The notes: generated by a model from the sequence alone, not told the origin. Positions 15,001-37,876 are shown, numbered from the stretch's first letter. The stretch is DNA of 64,000 bases from Eledone cirrhosa (GCA_964016885.1 OZ024744.1:15810001-15874000), one strand, 5' to 3'. A program made the numbers and translations.

Positions 15001-18000
15001 TGGTTCCCACGATAGTAACTTGTGTATAACTTCCTCTACTGTGTCTCCTGTGTGTCGGTTCCCACAATAGTAACTTGTGTATACCTTCCACTACTGTATC
15101 TCCTGTATGTTGGTTCCCATAATAGTAACTTGTGTATAACTTCCTCTACTCTATCTCCTGTGTGTTGGTTCCCACAATAGTAACTTGTGTATAACTTCCT
15201 CTACTGTTTCCCCGTGAGTTGGTTCCCACAATAGTAACTTGTGTATAACTTCCTCTACTGTATCACCTGTGTGTTGGTTCCCAGAATAGTAACTTGTGTA
15301 TAACTTCCTCTACTGTGTCTCCTGTGTGTTGGTTCCCACAATAGTAACTTGTGTATAACTTCCTCTACTCTATCTCCTGTGTGTTGGTTCCCACAATAGC
15401 AACTTGTGTATAACTTCTTCTACTGTGTCTCCTGTGTGTTGGTTCCCACAATAGTAACTTGTGTATAACTTCCTCTACTGTATCTCCTGTGAGTTGGTTC
15501 CCACAATAGTAACTTGTGTATAACTTCCTCTACTGTGTCTCCCGTGAGTTGGTTCCCACAATAGTAACTTGTGTATAACTTCCTCTACTGTGTCTCCTGT
15601 GTGTTGGTTCCCACAATAGTAAATTGTGTATAACTTACTCTGGTGTATCTCCTGTGTGTTTGTTCCCACAATAGTAACTTGTGTATAACTTCCTCTACTG
15701 TGTCTCCCGTGAGTTGGTCCCCACAATAGTAACTTGTGTTTATCTTCCTCTACTGTGTCTCCCGTGAGTTGGTTCCCTCAATAGTAACTTTTGTATAACT
15801 TCCTCTACTGTATCTCCCGTGAGTTGGTTTCCACAATAGTAACTTGTGTATAACTTCCTCTACTGTATCTCTTGTGTGTTGGTTCCCACAATAGTAACTT
15901 GTGTATAACTTCCTCTACTGTATCTCCTATGTGTTGGTTCCCACGATAGTAACTTCTGTATAACTTCCTCTACTGTGTCTCCTGTGTGTCGGTTCCCACA
16001 ATAGTAACTTGTGTATACCTTCCACTACTGTATCTCCTGTATGTTGGTTCCCATAATAGTACCTTGTGTATAACTTCCTCTACTCTATCTCCTGTGTGTT
16101 GGTTCCCACAATAGTAACTTGTGTATAACTTCCTCTACTGTTTCCCCGTGAGTTGGTTCCCACAATAGTAACTTGTGTATAACTTCCTCTACTTTATCAC
16201 CTGTGTGTTGGTTCCCACAATAGTAACTTGTGTATAACTTCCTCTACTGTGTCTCCTGTGTGTTGGTTCCCACAATAGTAACTTGTGTATAACTTCCTCT
16301 ACTGTGTCTCCCGTGAGTTGGTTCCCACAATAGTAACTTGTGTATAACTTCCTCTACTGTATCTCCTGTGTTTTGGTTCCCACAATAGTAACTTGTGTAT
16401 AACTTCCTCTACTGTGTCTCCTGTGTGTTGGTTCCCACAATAGTAACTTGTGTATATCTTCCTCTACTGTATCTCCTCTGAGTTGGTTCCCACAATAGTA
16501 ACTTGTGTATAACTTCCACTACTGTGTCTCCCGTGAGTTGGTTCCCACAATAGTAACTTGTGTATAACTTCCTCTACTGTGTCTCCCGTGAGTTGGTTCC
16601 CACGATAGTAACTTGTGTATAACTTCCTCTACTGTGTCTTCTGTGTGTTGGTTCCCACAATAGTAACTTGTGTATAACTTCCTCTACTGTGTCTCCCGTG
16701 AGTTGGTCCCCACAATAGTAACTTGTGTATAACTTCCTCTACTGTGTCTTCTGTGTGTTGGTTCCCACAATAGTAACTTGTGTATAACTTCCTCTACTGT
16801 GTCTCCCGTGAGTTGGTTCCCTCAATAGTAACTTGTGTATAATTTACTCTACTGTATCTCCTATGTGTTGGTTCCCACGATAGTAACTTGTGTATAATTT
16901 TCTCTACTGTGTCTCCTGTGTGTTGGTTCCCACAATAGTAACTTGTGTATAACTTCCACTACTGTATCTCCTGTATGTTGGTTCCCACAATAGTAACTTG
17001 TGTATAACTTCCTCTACTGTGTCTCCTGTGTGTTGGTTCCCACAATAGTAACTTGTGTATAACTTCCTCTACTGTGTCTCCTGTGTGTTGGTTCCCACAA
17101 TAGTAACTTGTGTATAACTTACTCTACTGTATCTCCTGTGTGTTGGTTCCCACAATAGTAACTTGTGTATAACTTCCTCTACTGTATCTCCTTGTGTTGG
17201 TTCCCATAATAGTAACTTGTGTATAACTTCCTCTACTGTATCTCCTGTGTTCTGGTTCCCACATTAGTAACGTGTGTGTAACTTCCTCTACTGTATCTCC
17301 TGTGAGTTGGTTCCCACAATAGTAACTTGTGTATAACTTCCTCTACTCTCTCTCCCGTGAGTTTGTTCCCACGATAGTAACTGGTGTATAATTTCCTCTA
17401 CTGTGTCTCCTGTGTGTTGGTTCCCACAATAGTAACTTGTGTATAACTTCCTCTACTGTGTCTCCTGTGTGTTGGTTCCCACAATAGTAACTTGTGTATA
17501 ACTTCCACTACTGTGTCTCCTGTGTGTTGGTTCACACAATAGTAACTTGTGTATAACTTTCTCTACTGTGTCTCCCGTGAGTTGGTTCCCACAATAGTAA
17601 CTTGTGTATAACTTCCTCTACTGTATCTCCTGTGTGTTGGTTCCCACAATAGTAACTTGTGTATAACTTCCTCTACTGTGTCTCCCGTGAGCTGGTTCCC
17701 ACAATAGTAACTTGTGTATAACTTCCTCTACTGTATCACCTGTGTGTTGGTTCCCACAATAGTAACTTGTGTATAACTTCCTCTACTGTATCTCCTGTGT
17801 GTTGGTTCCCACAATAGTAACTTGTGTATAACTTCCTCTACTGTGTCTCCCGTGAGTTGGTTCCCACAATAGTAACTTGTGTATAACTTACTCTACTGTA
17901 TCACCTGTGTGTTGGTTCCCACAATAGTAACTTGTGTATAACTTCCTCTACTGTATCTCCTGTGTGTTGGTTCCCACAATAGTAACTTGTGTATAACTTC

Positions 18001-18160
18001 CTCTACTGTGTCTCCCGTGAGTTGGTCCCCACAATAGTAACTTGTGTATAACTTCCTCTACTGTGTCTCCCGTGAGTTGGTTCCCTCAATAGTAACTTGT
18101 GTATAACTGTCTCTACTGTGTCTCCCGTGACGTGGTTCCCACAATACTAACTTGTGTATT
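1..18160. repeat. 55-bp tandem satellite, about 330 copies, cut off by the window start
   Basis: Consensus ctctactgt(g/a)tctcc(t/c)gtg(t/a)gttggttcccacaatagtaacttgtgtataacttc repeats head-to-tail; all ORFs here are its translations. Confidence 0.98.
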
Positions 18161-18186
18161 TGGATTGGCAGTATTTGGATTGGCAG

Positions 18187-18366
18187 TATCGGTAGAGGGT
18201 CGGACGTCATGCTTGAAGCATAGAGTTACCTCCCTATACGATCTGAGTGCAAATACCGCTGAGGTTAAACTTTGCCTTTCATCCCTTCGGGGTCGATAAA
18301 ATAAAGTACCAGCAATACAGTGGGATAATTGCTGGCCTTGTGCCAAAAGTAGAAACAATTATTATT
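18187..18366 (+). mobile_element. SINE fragment (Meta-SINE/octopus SINE-like core and tail)
   Basis: Core tttgcctttcatcccttcggggtcgataaaataaagtaccag and tail ccttgtgccaaaagtagaaacaattattatt, recognised from memory of cephalopod SINEs. Confidence 0.65.
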
Positions 18367-18406
18367 TCTGGCAATATTATAACAATATGTCCCTCACCAA
18401 ATATAT

Positions 18407-18462
<56 letters not shown>

Positions 18463-18465
<3 letters not shown>

Positions 18466-18660
18466 ACGAAGGAGGTGTGGTAAGGAACTAGATGTACCAT
18501 AACGCACCAGAGTACTCGATACTTAGGGTAGTAGTGTGTTTAATAGGAAAAGAGTCAGGTCCCCGACGGCTGAATTCCGGCCGTTTCGACAGCTAGATCC
18601 GAACTCTAGTTGTCGAAACTGCCGGAACTCAGCCGTCGGGGACCTGACTCTTTTTCCTAT
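18463..18660. mobile_element. PLE-like terminal fragment ending in a fold-back (18543-18660) with two HHR 3' halves
   Basis: Inverted arms around loop tccgaac (18598-18604). Each arm reads GAAAC-helix III-GTC-gggg. Related to the reverse complement of 56229-56462. Confidence 0.65.
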
Positions 18661-21385
<2,725 letters not shown>

Positions 21386-21407
21386 ATATATATATACATA
21401 TATATAC

Positions 21408-21452
<45 letters not shown>

Positions 21453-21513
21453 TATATATATATATATATATATACATATATATACATATACATATATACA
21501 CATATATATATAC

Positions 21514-21546
<33 letters not shown>

Positions 21547-21547
21547 C

Positions 21548-21580
<33 letters not shown>

Positions 21581-21581
21581 C

Positions 21582-21800
<219 letters not shown>

Positions 21801-21801
21801 C

Positions 21802-23012
<1,211 letters not shown>

Positions 23013-23017
23013 TAGTT

Positions 23018-24328
23018 TTAATATAGATGAGATTCTACAGGACTAGAACTGTTTTCTTCTTTAGAAATCATCAGGAATCTCTGAAGAGATTTAGTATTTA
23101 GTATTTTATTGTTGTGTTTAGAGATGATGTTGGAAATATTGGAGGATGTAGAATAAGAAAATTTGATGGTGTGTTTGTTAAATATTTTACTATAGATATG
23201 TGAGGGAGGGAAGCATTTATTTAAGGCACTAAAAAATAATTTAGGAATATTGTTATTAATAGAGATGGAGAAAGGAGCATTATACCAGATTATGTTTTTG
23301 TATCTACGTCTTTTATTAAAATTATTGGAATGATCATGATTAATTATTCTACTGTAAGTTTTTCTAGAATTTGTTTCTTTAATATATTTGATTTTATCTG
23401 GATAGCCGGCTTTAGAAAGTGCGTTATTATAGTAATTGGCGTTAGCATCAAAGATGTTTTTATTAGAGGATATGTTAGATATTCTTTTTCCAATATTACT
23501 AACTATAGCATTCTTGATATTGGTAGGATGGTTAGATTTAAAGTTAACATAATTTAGGTTCTCATTGTTTTTATGGTAAGGGTAATATAGGCCAGTGTCA
23601 AGATTAAGAGATACATCCAAGAAATTAGCTAGTTTGATACTATTATCAAATTCAATTTTTAGATTATGTTTGTTAAAGAGATTACGTATATTGTTCTTAA
23701 TAATATTAAGGTTAACTATATTGCAATTTAGGATAGTAAAGAGTCCATCGTCACGATAAATTCCACCGCGAAGTTGAAGAATTTTCCGACTCAAAGAGTT
23801 CAAAATGAAGATACCAATTAAATCAGTCAATTGGGATGAATCGGATGCTCCCATTGTGATGTCGAAGTTGTTAGAGGTATCGGCTCTAGTCCAATATTCG
23901 TTGTTGAACTCTAGGATGGTTTTACGTGCGGTGAGGATGATGTGAAGTTCATCTGTGGTGATGTCAGAATATTTAAGTGCGAAAGATAGAGCATTATTGA
24001 GAAGTGAATGCGAAATGGAGGAATAGTAGCTGGCAATATCAAATTGAATACATTTTAGTTTGTTTTTATTATCCAATTTGTTGAACCAGCCAATCACCTC
24101 AGAAGTACCAAACCATAAATTTAGGTTCAAAGAAGAGCAATTAGAACTAACCTGTGGGATAATTCTATCCAAGATGGCTTTACTAACAACCCCCAGATCA
24201 GATTTAGAGGGGGCGATTAATCTAACAGGTAGTTCAGTGCGAAAATTGTTTTTGTGATCCTTGAGATTTATCCTCGGAGTTCTTGGGAGGAATGGTTCGG
24301 TCTTTTTTTCAATGCCAAGTTTTGACAT
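23018..24328 (-). CDS. Penelope-like reverse transcriptase, 5'-truncated, with no endonuclease domain; HHR at its 3' end (23029-23081)
   Basis: PLE RT motifs [36 protein letters not shown] and thumb SNHP. Confidence 0.9.
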   Translation of the reverse strand: MSKLGIEKKTEPFLPRTPRINLKDHKNNFRTELPVRLIAPSKSDLGVVSKAILDRIIPQVSSNCSSLNLNLWFGTSEVIGWFNKLDNKNKLKCIQFDIASYYSSISHSLLNNALSFALKYSDITTDELHIILTARKTILEFNNEYWTRADTSNNFDITMGASDSSQLTDLIGIFILNSLSRKILQLRGGIYRDDGLFTILNCNIVNLNIIKNNIRNLFNKHNLKIEFDNSIKLANFLDVSLNLDTGLYYPYHKNNENLNYVNFKSNHPTNIKNAIVSNIGKRISNISSNKNIFDANANYYNNALSKAGYPDKIKYIKETNSRKTYSRIINHDHSNNFNKRRRYKNIIWYNAPFSISINNNIPKLFFSALNKCFPPSHIYSKIFNKHTIKFSYSTSSNISNIISKHNNKILNTKSLQRFLMISKEENSSSPVESHLY

Positions 24329-25274
24329 AATCTCTTAAAGGGCATTATACACTCTATAATACTTGTTTACTCATTACCCTCATTCTATCTTCACATTGTA
24401 AAATCCTTCATATCATATACAATTGTTTTTTTTTTGACGTTAGAATATTCATCCGCAATCATTATTATTTTTTCTCTCTATCATAAATCTTTTTAATCTC
24501 AATTTCATCCTTAATTTATTATTTTTTTCTCCCCATCAACGAACTCATTCTTAATACATATTAACTCTTTATTCGCATATATTATCAATTCCTTCAATAT
24601 ACAAACTTTAACTTCACATTATTTTTCTCAAATCCTTCTACACACAAACCTTAATAATTTTTCTCTTCGTTAATTTTGAAATTGCCACAATACTTATCAA
24701 CATACACTTTTTTAACGTTAGAATATTCATCCACAATTATTATTTTTTCTCTCTATCTTCATACATAAATTCCCTTCGTTAATTTTCAAATTCCTTTAAT
24801 TTATACATTATCTTCCAACGGTTCTCAACCTCTCTATGTAAAAACAATATATCTTTTTCTCACTTATAAAAACTATCTCTTTCTCTCTATCACCCATCTC
24901 TCCCTCTCCACCTTCACTCTCATCTCCTCCCCCTTTTTTCATCCTTCCCCCCCTCCCTAAATAAAATATTTTTTCCTCGCAAATATCCTCCCTTCGTTAA
25001 TTTTCAAGTTTTTTTAATTTATACATTATCTTCCAACGGTTTTCAACCTCTCTATGTAAAACATATATCTCCTCTCAGTTATAAAAACTATCTCTTTCTC
25101 TCTATCACCCATCTCTCCCTCTCATCTCCTCCCCTTTTTCATCCTTTCCACCCCCCCTCTCTAAATAAAATATTTTTCCCAATATCACACATCAATCTAA
25201 AACCACTTTTCATATGTTGATTTAAAACTGCACTATCCACAAGTGTTTTTTAGCCTTCATATCATGTTCTCCTG

Positions 25275-25341
25275 TTTTATCTGATGAAAACACAAATATT
25301 ATTGCATGATGATGTTTGTTTTTGAAATGCGCATAATAAAA
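25275..25341 (+). ncRNA. Type I hammerhead ribozyme in a PLE-like 3' region (about 24340-25467)
   Basis: ttttat CTGATGA [AU-rich hairpin] GAAA tgcgca TA ataaaa. Confidence 0.75.
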
Positions 25342-25467
25342 TACATGGAACTCCTTTAACCATCTTTTGATCTTATATTATGTATACTCCAGTCCTACAA
25401 ACTGTAGAGTGCTTCTTATCCGAGATCTGCATTGCTTTATTGTACTACAATAAAACTCACCTCCTAC

Positions 25468-25604
<137 letters not shown>

Positions 25605-25613
25605 TATATATAT

Positions 25614-25658
<45 letters not shown>

Positions 25659-25673
25659 TATATATATACACAC

Positions 25674-25728
<55 letters not shown>

Positions 25729-25749
25729 CATATATATATATATATACAC

Positions 25750-25786
<37 letters not shown>

Positions 25787-25803
25787 CACATATATATATA
25801 TAT

Positions 25804-25844
<41 letters not shown>

Positions 25845-25993
25845 TATATATATACATATATATACGTAGTTAAGAAAGCCACAACAATGCAGAGGGAAAT
25901 CTCGAGATAGGAAAAACAGGTGAAAGTGAAAATTGAGAGAGACAAAGATGAAAACGAAACAAAGGTAGAAGGGTTACCGTAGTGGAGATTTAA

Positions 25994-26029
25994 TCCCAAT
26001 ATTTCGGGCTCACGCCCATCAACGGGGGA
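25994..26029 (-). ncRNA. Degenerate HHR-like motif
   Basis: tccc CCGTTGA t gggc-gtga-gccc GAAA ta TT ggga; two core mismatches. Confidence 0.35.
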
Positions 26030-26128
26030 AAGTTCCAAAAGGGGGGGGGACAGGCCAAGCGGAGAAAGTTGTGATGTCGTTAAGACAGGAATACATATAT
26101 ATATATATACATATATATATATACATAT

Positions 26129-26195
<67 letters not shown>

Positions 26196-26462
26196 CATAT
26201 ACATATATATATATATACATATATACATATATATATATACATATATATATATACATATATATATACATATATATATATATACATATATACATATATATAT
26301 ATACATATATATATATACATATATATATATACATATATACATATATATATATACATATATATATATACATATATATACATATATATATACACATATATAT
26401 ATACACATATATATATACATATATACATATATATATATACATATATACATATACATATATAC

Positions 26463-26548
<86 letters not shown>

Positions 26549-26665
26549 GTAACGGAATAGAAAATGCTGACAAATTGTTCACAGTTGAAAAATGGTTTAA
26601 TTAGGAATAAAAGAGTATTAGTGATTGTATGGGTCAGTATTCAGTTGTGGTTTTAAGTTTTTAAG

Positions 26666-26703
26666 TTTTTACCGGTTGCGCATTTCTAAATGCTTTTCAA
26701 AAA
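26666..26703 (-). ncRNA. Degenerate U3-A8 HHR related to the 20.3-kb family
   Basis: ttt TTGAAAA gcatt-taga-aatgc GCAA ccgg TA aaaa; GAAA has changed to GCAA. Confidence 0.45.
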
Positions 26704-27017
26704 TAATTTTGAGATAGAGTGTCCGTGCTGTTTACTCTGATCTGATTAGTTTTGGGAATTCTACCTATTTTTATGTTAAAAAAGTGGCTCCGGCGTTATT
26801 TTTGTGTTGCAAAAATTCTTGTGGTCAAAACAATTTTGATTGGTCGGTAGAGGTCATGTGAATGTAAAAAGTTGATTTTGCGCCAAGACTGTTTTTATGT
26901 TAAAAAAGTGGCTCCAGCAAAAATTCTTGGTCAAAACAATTTTGATTGGTCGGTAGAGGTCATGTGAATAAAAAATTGGTTTTGCGCCAAGATTGAGAAA
27001 TGACTCTTTCACAACAA

Positions 27018-27019
<2 letters not shown>

Positions 27020-27116
<97 letters not shown>

Positions 27117-28630
27117 TGTGTGTGTATAGCAGAGTGATTCGTGGTGGTAGGGATGGTCAGTAAGAATGTGTCTGAAAGCAATGGGGGGTATTTTAGCATG
27201 TCAAAAGATAAGTGTGTGTGTGTGTGTGTATAGCAGAGTAATTTGTGGTGGCAGGGATGGTCAGTAAGAATGTGTCTGAAAGCAATGGGGGGTATTTTAG
27301 CATGTCAAAAGATATTTTTCAGCTTTTGGCTTATACGGAGATGTGCGTGTGTGTGTGTGTGTATATAAGTCCCTTTGTATGTTGATGTACGCGTGTGTAT
27401 GTGTTTGTGTATATATATATATGTGTGTGTGTGTGTGTGGGTGGACCAGTATTTTTCCCCCTGGTAAAATGGTGTATATTATTCGATTTTTTCAGTAAAA
27501 TCGGTTCTCTTAATAGAACATCAAAAATCTTAACAATAAAAGGTGTGAAATGATATTCACTATATATATATACACATACATATATTCACTACATATATAT
27601 ATATATATATATATACATATATACATACATATATATGCACATATATTTCTTTGTATTGCACCATAGGGCATGTGTGTTTACGTGTGTCATTGTGTTTATA
27701 TGTGGGTAGAGATTTGTGCTGATGTAGGTATGTATGTTGACGTGTGTATGTTGTGGGTTCGTCTTAGGGAGAAGTGTTTAGACGGGGTCCGTATTTGTTA
27801 ATGAAGTAAGATTCCTTGCTGATGCGCTGGGTGTGGGTGGCATTATCTTTAAATTTGTAGAAGGGAAAGATTCTGAAGTTGGGATGATTTTGGGCGGCAC
27901 AGGTATCAATGTGTTCACTCAGTGGTATTTTCCTGTATTCCCGTATTTTAATTTGGGATCTATGGACAGTCATGCGTTGGCGGAGGCTGTTTTTGGTCTG
28001 GCCTATGTATTGTTCTCGACAACCTGAACAAGTTAATACATATATTAGATTTTCCGATGCACATGTGAAATTGTGTTTTACTATAAAACGTTGTCCATCT
28101 TTGAAATAGAATTCCGAACCCTCTATTAGGTTGATGCAAATGCCACAGTTGGGTCTATCGCATTTTTTTACTGTGGGTTTCGTTGTTGTGGTTGGCAGTA
28201 CTTTGGCATGTGTTAAGATGTTTTTCATTGACTTGGATTGTCTTTTGGTCTTTAAGATATCGTGTGTTCGTAGAATTTGGTTCATTCTATGGTCCTTTTT
28301 CAATACAGGGATGTTCTGGAGGATGGTGTCAAAGGCATCATTGTTGAGGGGGATGTGTGTGGAGATGTATGGAAGAGCTTTTAGTTTTGGTTGATTTACT
28401 GTAGGGTGTTTAAGGTCCTGGGTACTGAGTTCTAGGGCACGTTGGATTCCATTGTCAATTGTTAAGATTTTTGATGTTCTATTAAGAGAACCGATTTTAC
28501 TGAAAAAATCGAATACTGTACACCATTTTACCAGGGGGAAAAAATACTGGTCCACCCCCACACACACACACACACACACATATATATACACAAACACATA
28601 CACACGCGTACATCAACATACAAAGAGACT

Positions 28631-28663
<33 letters not shown>

Positions 28664-28868
28664 GCACTTCTCCGTATAAGACAAAAGCTGAAAAATATCT
28701 TTTGACATGCTAAAATACCCCCCATTGCTTTCAGACACATTCTTACTGACCATCCCTGCCACCACAAATTACTCTGCTATACACACACACACACACTTAT
28801 CTTTTGACATGATAAAATACTTTCAGACACATTCTTACTGACCATCCCTACCACCACGAATCACTCTG

Positions 28869-28944
<76 letters not shown>

Positions 28945-28945
28945 A
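27020..28945. repeat. Inverted repeats of about 0.45-0.5 kb flanking the GIY-YIG fragment (27020-27538 and 28458-28945)
   Basis: aatcggttctcttaatagaacatcaaaaatcttaacaat and its reverse complement, extending out to (GT)n and (CA)n. Confidence 0.85.
27764..28460 (-). CDS. PLE C-terminal fragment: Cys-rich linker plus GIY-YIG endonuclease
   Basis: CDRPNCGIC, FTCASENLIYVLTCSGCREQYIGQT, LRQRMTVH, ESYFINKYGPRLN. Confidence 0.9.
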
Positions 28946-29016
28946 TCTTAATAGCCATTTGACACACATCGCTGCTGGCCGTTGTCGCAGCATCGAACAC
29001 CTTACTACTACTACTA

Positions 29017-29050
<34 letters not shown>

Positions 29051-29825
29051 ACTTATGTATTTCAGTATCTCTGAAGTTTTATCTCAGATTTTGCTTATAA
29101 ACCTAAGAATTTTTAAACTAAACATGGGGTCATTATTTTTTTCATTTTTTCACACATTATTGACATGTGTCTCATTCATGAATATTGATATCTACATTGT
29201 AATACCTAATTCATATGAATTGATAATTCTAATGGACGAGACATAATATTTTAAATATATCATCTTTCTTTCTTTTTCTCCTCTACACTTGACGGGATTT
29301 ATATATCGGCTGTTTTTTAACTGTATCTCTCCCACCTCGTATGATAGATATGACTCGATCTACCTCTTTTCTCCCACCACATATATCTCTCTCTACCTCT
29401 CTTTATTTATCTTATTTCTCTCCGTATCCTTAACACTATAACTAAATAAATAAATAAATAAATAATTACAGTACCCCCTTCCCTCCTTAATATCTCATTT
29501 GTACGCTGATCATCTGTCTCCAAGCTGCCTATCATTTTTCACTTCCTCAATATATTTCTCTCTCCCATATCTCTTTCTCTCTATCTCGCTCTGTTGTTTT
29601 CTTTACTTACATCTCTTCATCTTCTTCTCTAACTGTCCTTAGCACTATACACTTTCTTTCTTCTTTTCTTCTTTTTTCTTTTTTTCTTCTTTTTTTCTTT
29701 TTTCTCTTCGTCCTTTTTTTTTTTTAACTGTCCTCAACATTTTCACTTCCAAATCAACTTTTTAAATGGAAGTTGCACTGTTCTAGGTATGGCAAATTTA
29801 TTTATAAAACGGTTTATATATTGTA

Positions 29826-29888
29826 TTTTGTCTAAGGAAGGCATACCATATTTTTAATATGGTATCCCTGAAATATATATAATGAAAT
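29826..29888 (+). ncRNA. HHR with a G5A core mutation, probably inactive
   Basis: CTAAGGA agg-c-ataccatatt-ttt-aatatggtat-c-cct GAAA tatata TA. Confidence 0.6.
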
Positions 29889-30018
29889 AAATATGGTTTT
29901 ATAAATATAGTTTCCATTTGTTTAATATCGTAAACCTACTCCAAAACCTGTTGAGTGCTTTTATATCAGTTATAAAATATTTACTCGTTTGTAACCCTAC
30001 AATTTTAAATAAAACTTT

Positions 30019-30144
<126 letters not shown>

Positions 30145-30350
30145 AGAGTATTGAAGTTTGCTTGAAGCATTGTGGAACAATAAGTAAATATCTTTAAGTC
30201 GTTTGGAAGCCTCGACAATGCAAATGGGTAAATCTCCGGGTAACAAGGTCCGGTGGTGGAGAGAGAGATGTAAGTGGGTGTACGTTGAGATGCGTGGTGT
30301 GTATAGGATGTGTGAGATGTATATATATACACTTATGTATATATATATAC

Positions 30351-30383
<33 letters not shown>

Positions 30384-30384
30384 C

Positions 30385-30417
<33 letters not shown>

Positions 30418-30428
30418 CATATATATAC

Positions 30429-30463
<35 letters not shown>

Positions 30464-30482
30464 CATATATAATATATACATA

Positions 30483-30520
<38 letters not shown>

Positions 30521-30531
30521 CATATATATAC

Positions 30532-30592
<61 letters not shown>

Positions 30593-30680
30593 CATATATA
30601 TATACATATATATATACATACATATATATATATATATATACATATATATATACATATATATATACATATATATATATATA

Positions 30681-31959
30681 GACAGCTCACATGTAGACGT
30701 GATATATCTTGACTTTGCGAAGGCCTTTGACAAGGTCGACCACGGAATGATATGTCACAAACTACACGGACTCGGCATAACTGGAAAAGTAGGTGAGTGG
30801 CTGCATGGCTTCCTAAGGGACAGAAGCCAGGCAGTCGCAGCAAATGGGGCCCTCTCGAGGGAAACACCGATAACAAGTGGGGTGCCTCAGGGGACAGTCC
30901 TGGGACCACTACTGTTTTTGGTGGCTCTCTCGGACATGCCCTCTGTGGTGCATGCAACAACATCCCTCACTAGCTATGCTGATGACACTAAGGTAGCACA
31001 GGCAATCAAAAACCCGGCTGACGCTGCCCTCTTACAGCAGGATCTGGATGCCATATACAGATGGGCGGAAGAAAACAACATGCAGTTTAATGCTGGCAAA
31101 TTCCAAGCCCTACAATACAAACCTGCAAACACAAATATAGCGGAACACAGCTACACAGGACCAGGAGGGACCGATATCCCCGTGTCAAAATCGATACGAG
31201 ACCTGGGCATAGACATGAGCGATGATGCATCTTTTTCTTCACACATCATGAAGGTGGCGACAGCATGTAGACGATTCGCTGGCTGGATCTTGAGGACTTT
31301 CCTTACAAGAGATCGAGACACCATGTTGACACTGTGGAGGACTTTTGTCCTAAGCCGCCTGGACTACTGCTCCCAGCTGTGGTCACCCCATAGTGTCAAA
31401 CTAACCACAGAGCTTGAGGCAATCCAGCGAAGCTACACCAAGAGGATTGCCAAGATGAGGGAGACAAGCTACTGGGAGAGGCTGAAGGAACTGAACCTCT
31501 ACTCCTTGGAGCGAAGACGGGAGAGATACGCAGTGATCTACATGTGGAAAATCCTGGAGGGACTAGCACCAAACTTTGGCATTGGGAGTTGGACCAACCG
31601 TCGAATAGGACGTCACTGTGTGGTGCCAAAGGTCCCGTCTTCCACATCTAGAATAAGGAGCAGGTATTGCAATAGCCTGGGATTCAAGGCCCTCAACTCT
31701 TCAACAGGCTGCCGAGGCATCTGCGAGACTTGCATGACGTGGAGGTGGATGTCTTTAAGAAACATCTCGACACCTTGTTATCCAGGATCCCGGATGAGCC
31801 CACAGCAAGACACGAGGGAAACCTAAGGGCAGCAGCAACAAACTCCCTCCTACACCAGTGGCCAACCTATACAGGCTGGAGATAAAATGTGTAGCAGCAA
31901 GGGCGGTGCCCCAGCATGGCCTCAGCCGGATGGCTGAAACAGGTAAAAGAGTAAAAGAG
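30681..31959 (+). mobile_element. 5'-truncated CR1-like LINE (RT C-terminal part and 3' UTR), frameshift near 31688
   Basis: [39 protein letters not shown]; tail ggcggtgccccagcatggcc...taaaagagtaaaagag. Confidence 0.93.
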
Positions 31960-31964
31960 TGTAT

Positions 31965-32678
31965 ATATAAAAACAAATAACGAAACGAAATTAAATTTCG
32001 TTTCGCTTCTAACTCACTTTTGTATGACTGACGCTTAAACAATTAAGTTAAAGTGTACATCTACACATGTATACGGAAGTATTAGTATGCATATAAATAC
32101 ACACATGTATACATATGTACATGTACTCAGCTTTTCGCTAGACACTTTACAGTGAGTGTCAGCTAGTCTGTATGTAACCACACAGACGGACCGGGTTTTA
32201 GAGTCATACGGGTTTTCAAGGAAACACATTTCCTCTATTCTCCAGAGGGCCAGACAGGAATATTGGACTAGTTTCGATGTTATTACATCTCATCAGCAAT
32301 ATTTACCCATCTTCCGGCTTTTCTGGAGAATTGTAAAAGCACATATCGTTATATGCTTTTTCTATGAAAATTAGTAGTGGGTAGACTAATTTGCATAGAA
32401 CGTGAGTCATTGTACGCAACGGTTCAGCGGAAACGATAAAAACAAATAACGAAACGAAATTAAATTTCGTTTCGCTTCTAACTCACTTTTGTATGACTGA
32501 CGCTTAAACAATTAACTTAAAGTGTACATCTACATATGTATACGGAAGTATTAGTATGCATATAAATACACACATGTATGCATATGTACATGTACTCAGC
32601 TTTTCGCTAGACACTTTATAGTGAGTGTCAGCTAGTCTGTATGTAACCACACAGACGGAGCGGGTTTTAGAGTCATAC
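31965..32678 (-). mobile_element. Second locus of the 470-bp retrozyme-like family (469-bp period); HHR at 32259-32303
   Basis: aatattg CTGATGA gatgt-aata-acatc GAAA ctag TC caatatt; unit restarts at about 32436. Confidence 0.85.
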
Positions 32679-37289
<4,611 letters not shown>

Positions 37290-37612
37290 TATTAGGGAGA
37301 GGATCAGGGGTGTATAACACTCCACTTATCCAACAGGCAGTATAAGGTTAGCTCGATGTCTGAGGACAGAGCCGTGATATTGAGCTTAAACTTTGATATA
37401 CGTGGATTTGTATCCTTGTATATTATCAGGCAGTATGCTAACAAAGACATACTTATCCATTTCTTTGAAGAATATTCCCACCCACCCCTATGTTTATTTT
37501 ATTTTTACTTCCTCAATATTTTTTATATTTTTTATCTTTTATTATTTTTTATTCTTTATTTCTTCAATGTCTTGGATTTGTTATTGCTTGTGTGATATGT
37601 AATCAACCTTTA

Positions 37613-37658
37613 TGCTCTGATGAGTCCCACTTATAGTGCGGATGAAACAATGTTAGCA
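37613..37658 (+). ncRNA. Type I hammerhead ribozyme
   Basis: tgct CTGATGA gtcc-cact-tat-agtg-c-ggat GAAA caatg TT agca. Confidence 0.75.
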
Positions 37659-37876
37659 AGTAAAGATATGCATATGCCATAGGCGTTCAGATATGCATAT
37701 GCCATAGGCGTTCTTTGTTATTGATTATATATATATATATATGTAGATAAATCTACCAAGAGTTTACGGTAGTGTCCAATCCGTATGAAGAACTCAATGT
37801 AATCCGGATATCATGGAAAGAAGAGATGCAATGAAAAATCACTTTCGGTGAAAGATAAACGGAATACAGAGTCAAG

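Noticed and set aside
1-18160. Satellite as a CRISPR array or repeat protein gene
   Set aside because: No unique spacers and no cas genes; the 55-bp unit is not a multiple of 3 and the frames are full of stops.
28478-28525. Hairpin cgatttt-actga-aaaaatcg as a possible HHR
   Set aside because: Neither the CTGANGA nor the GAAA core is present.
37355-37420. CTGAGGA...GATA HHR-like motif
   Set aside because: GAAA is mutated and there is no convincing helix I.
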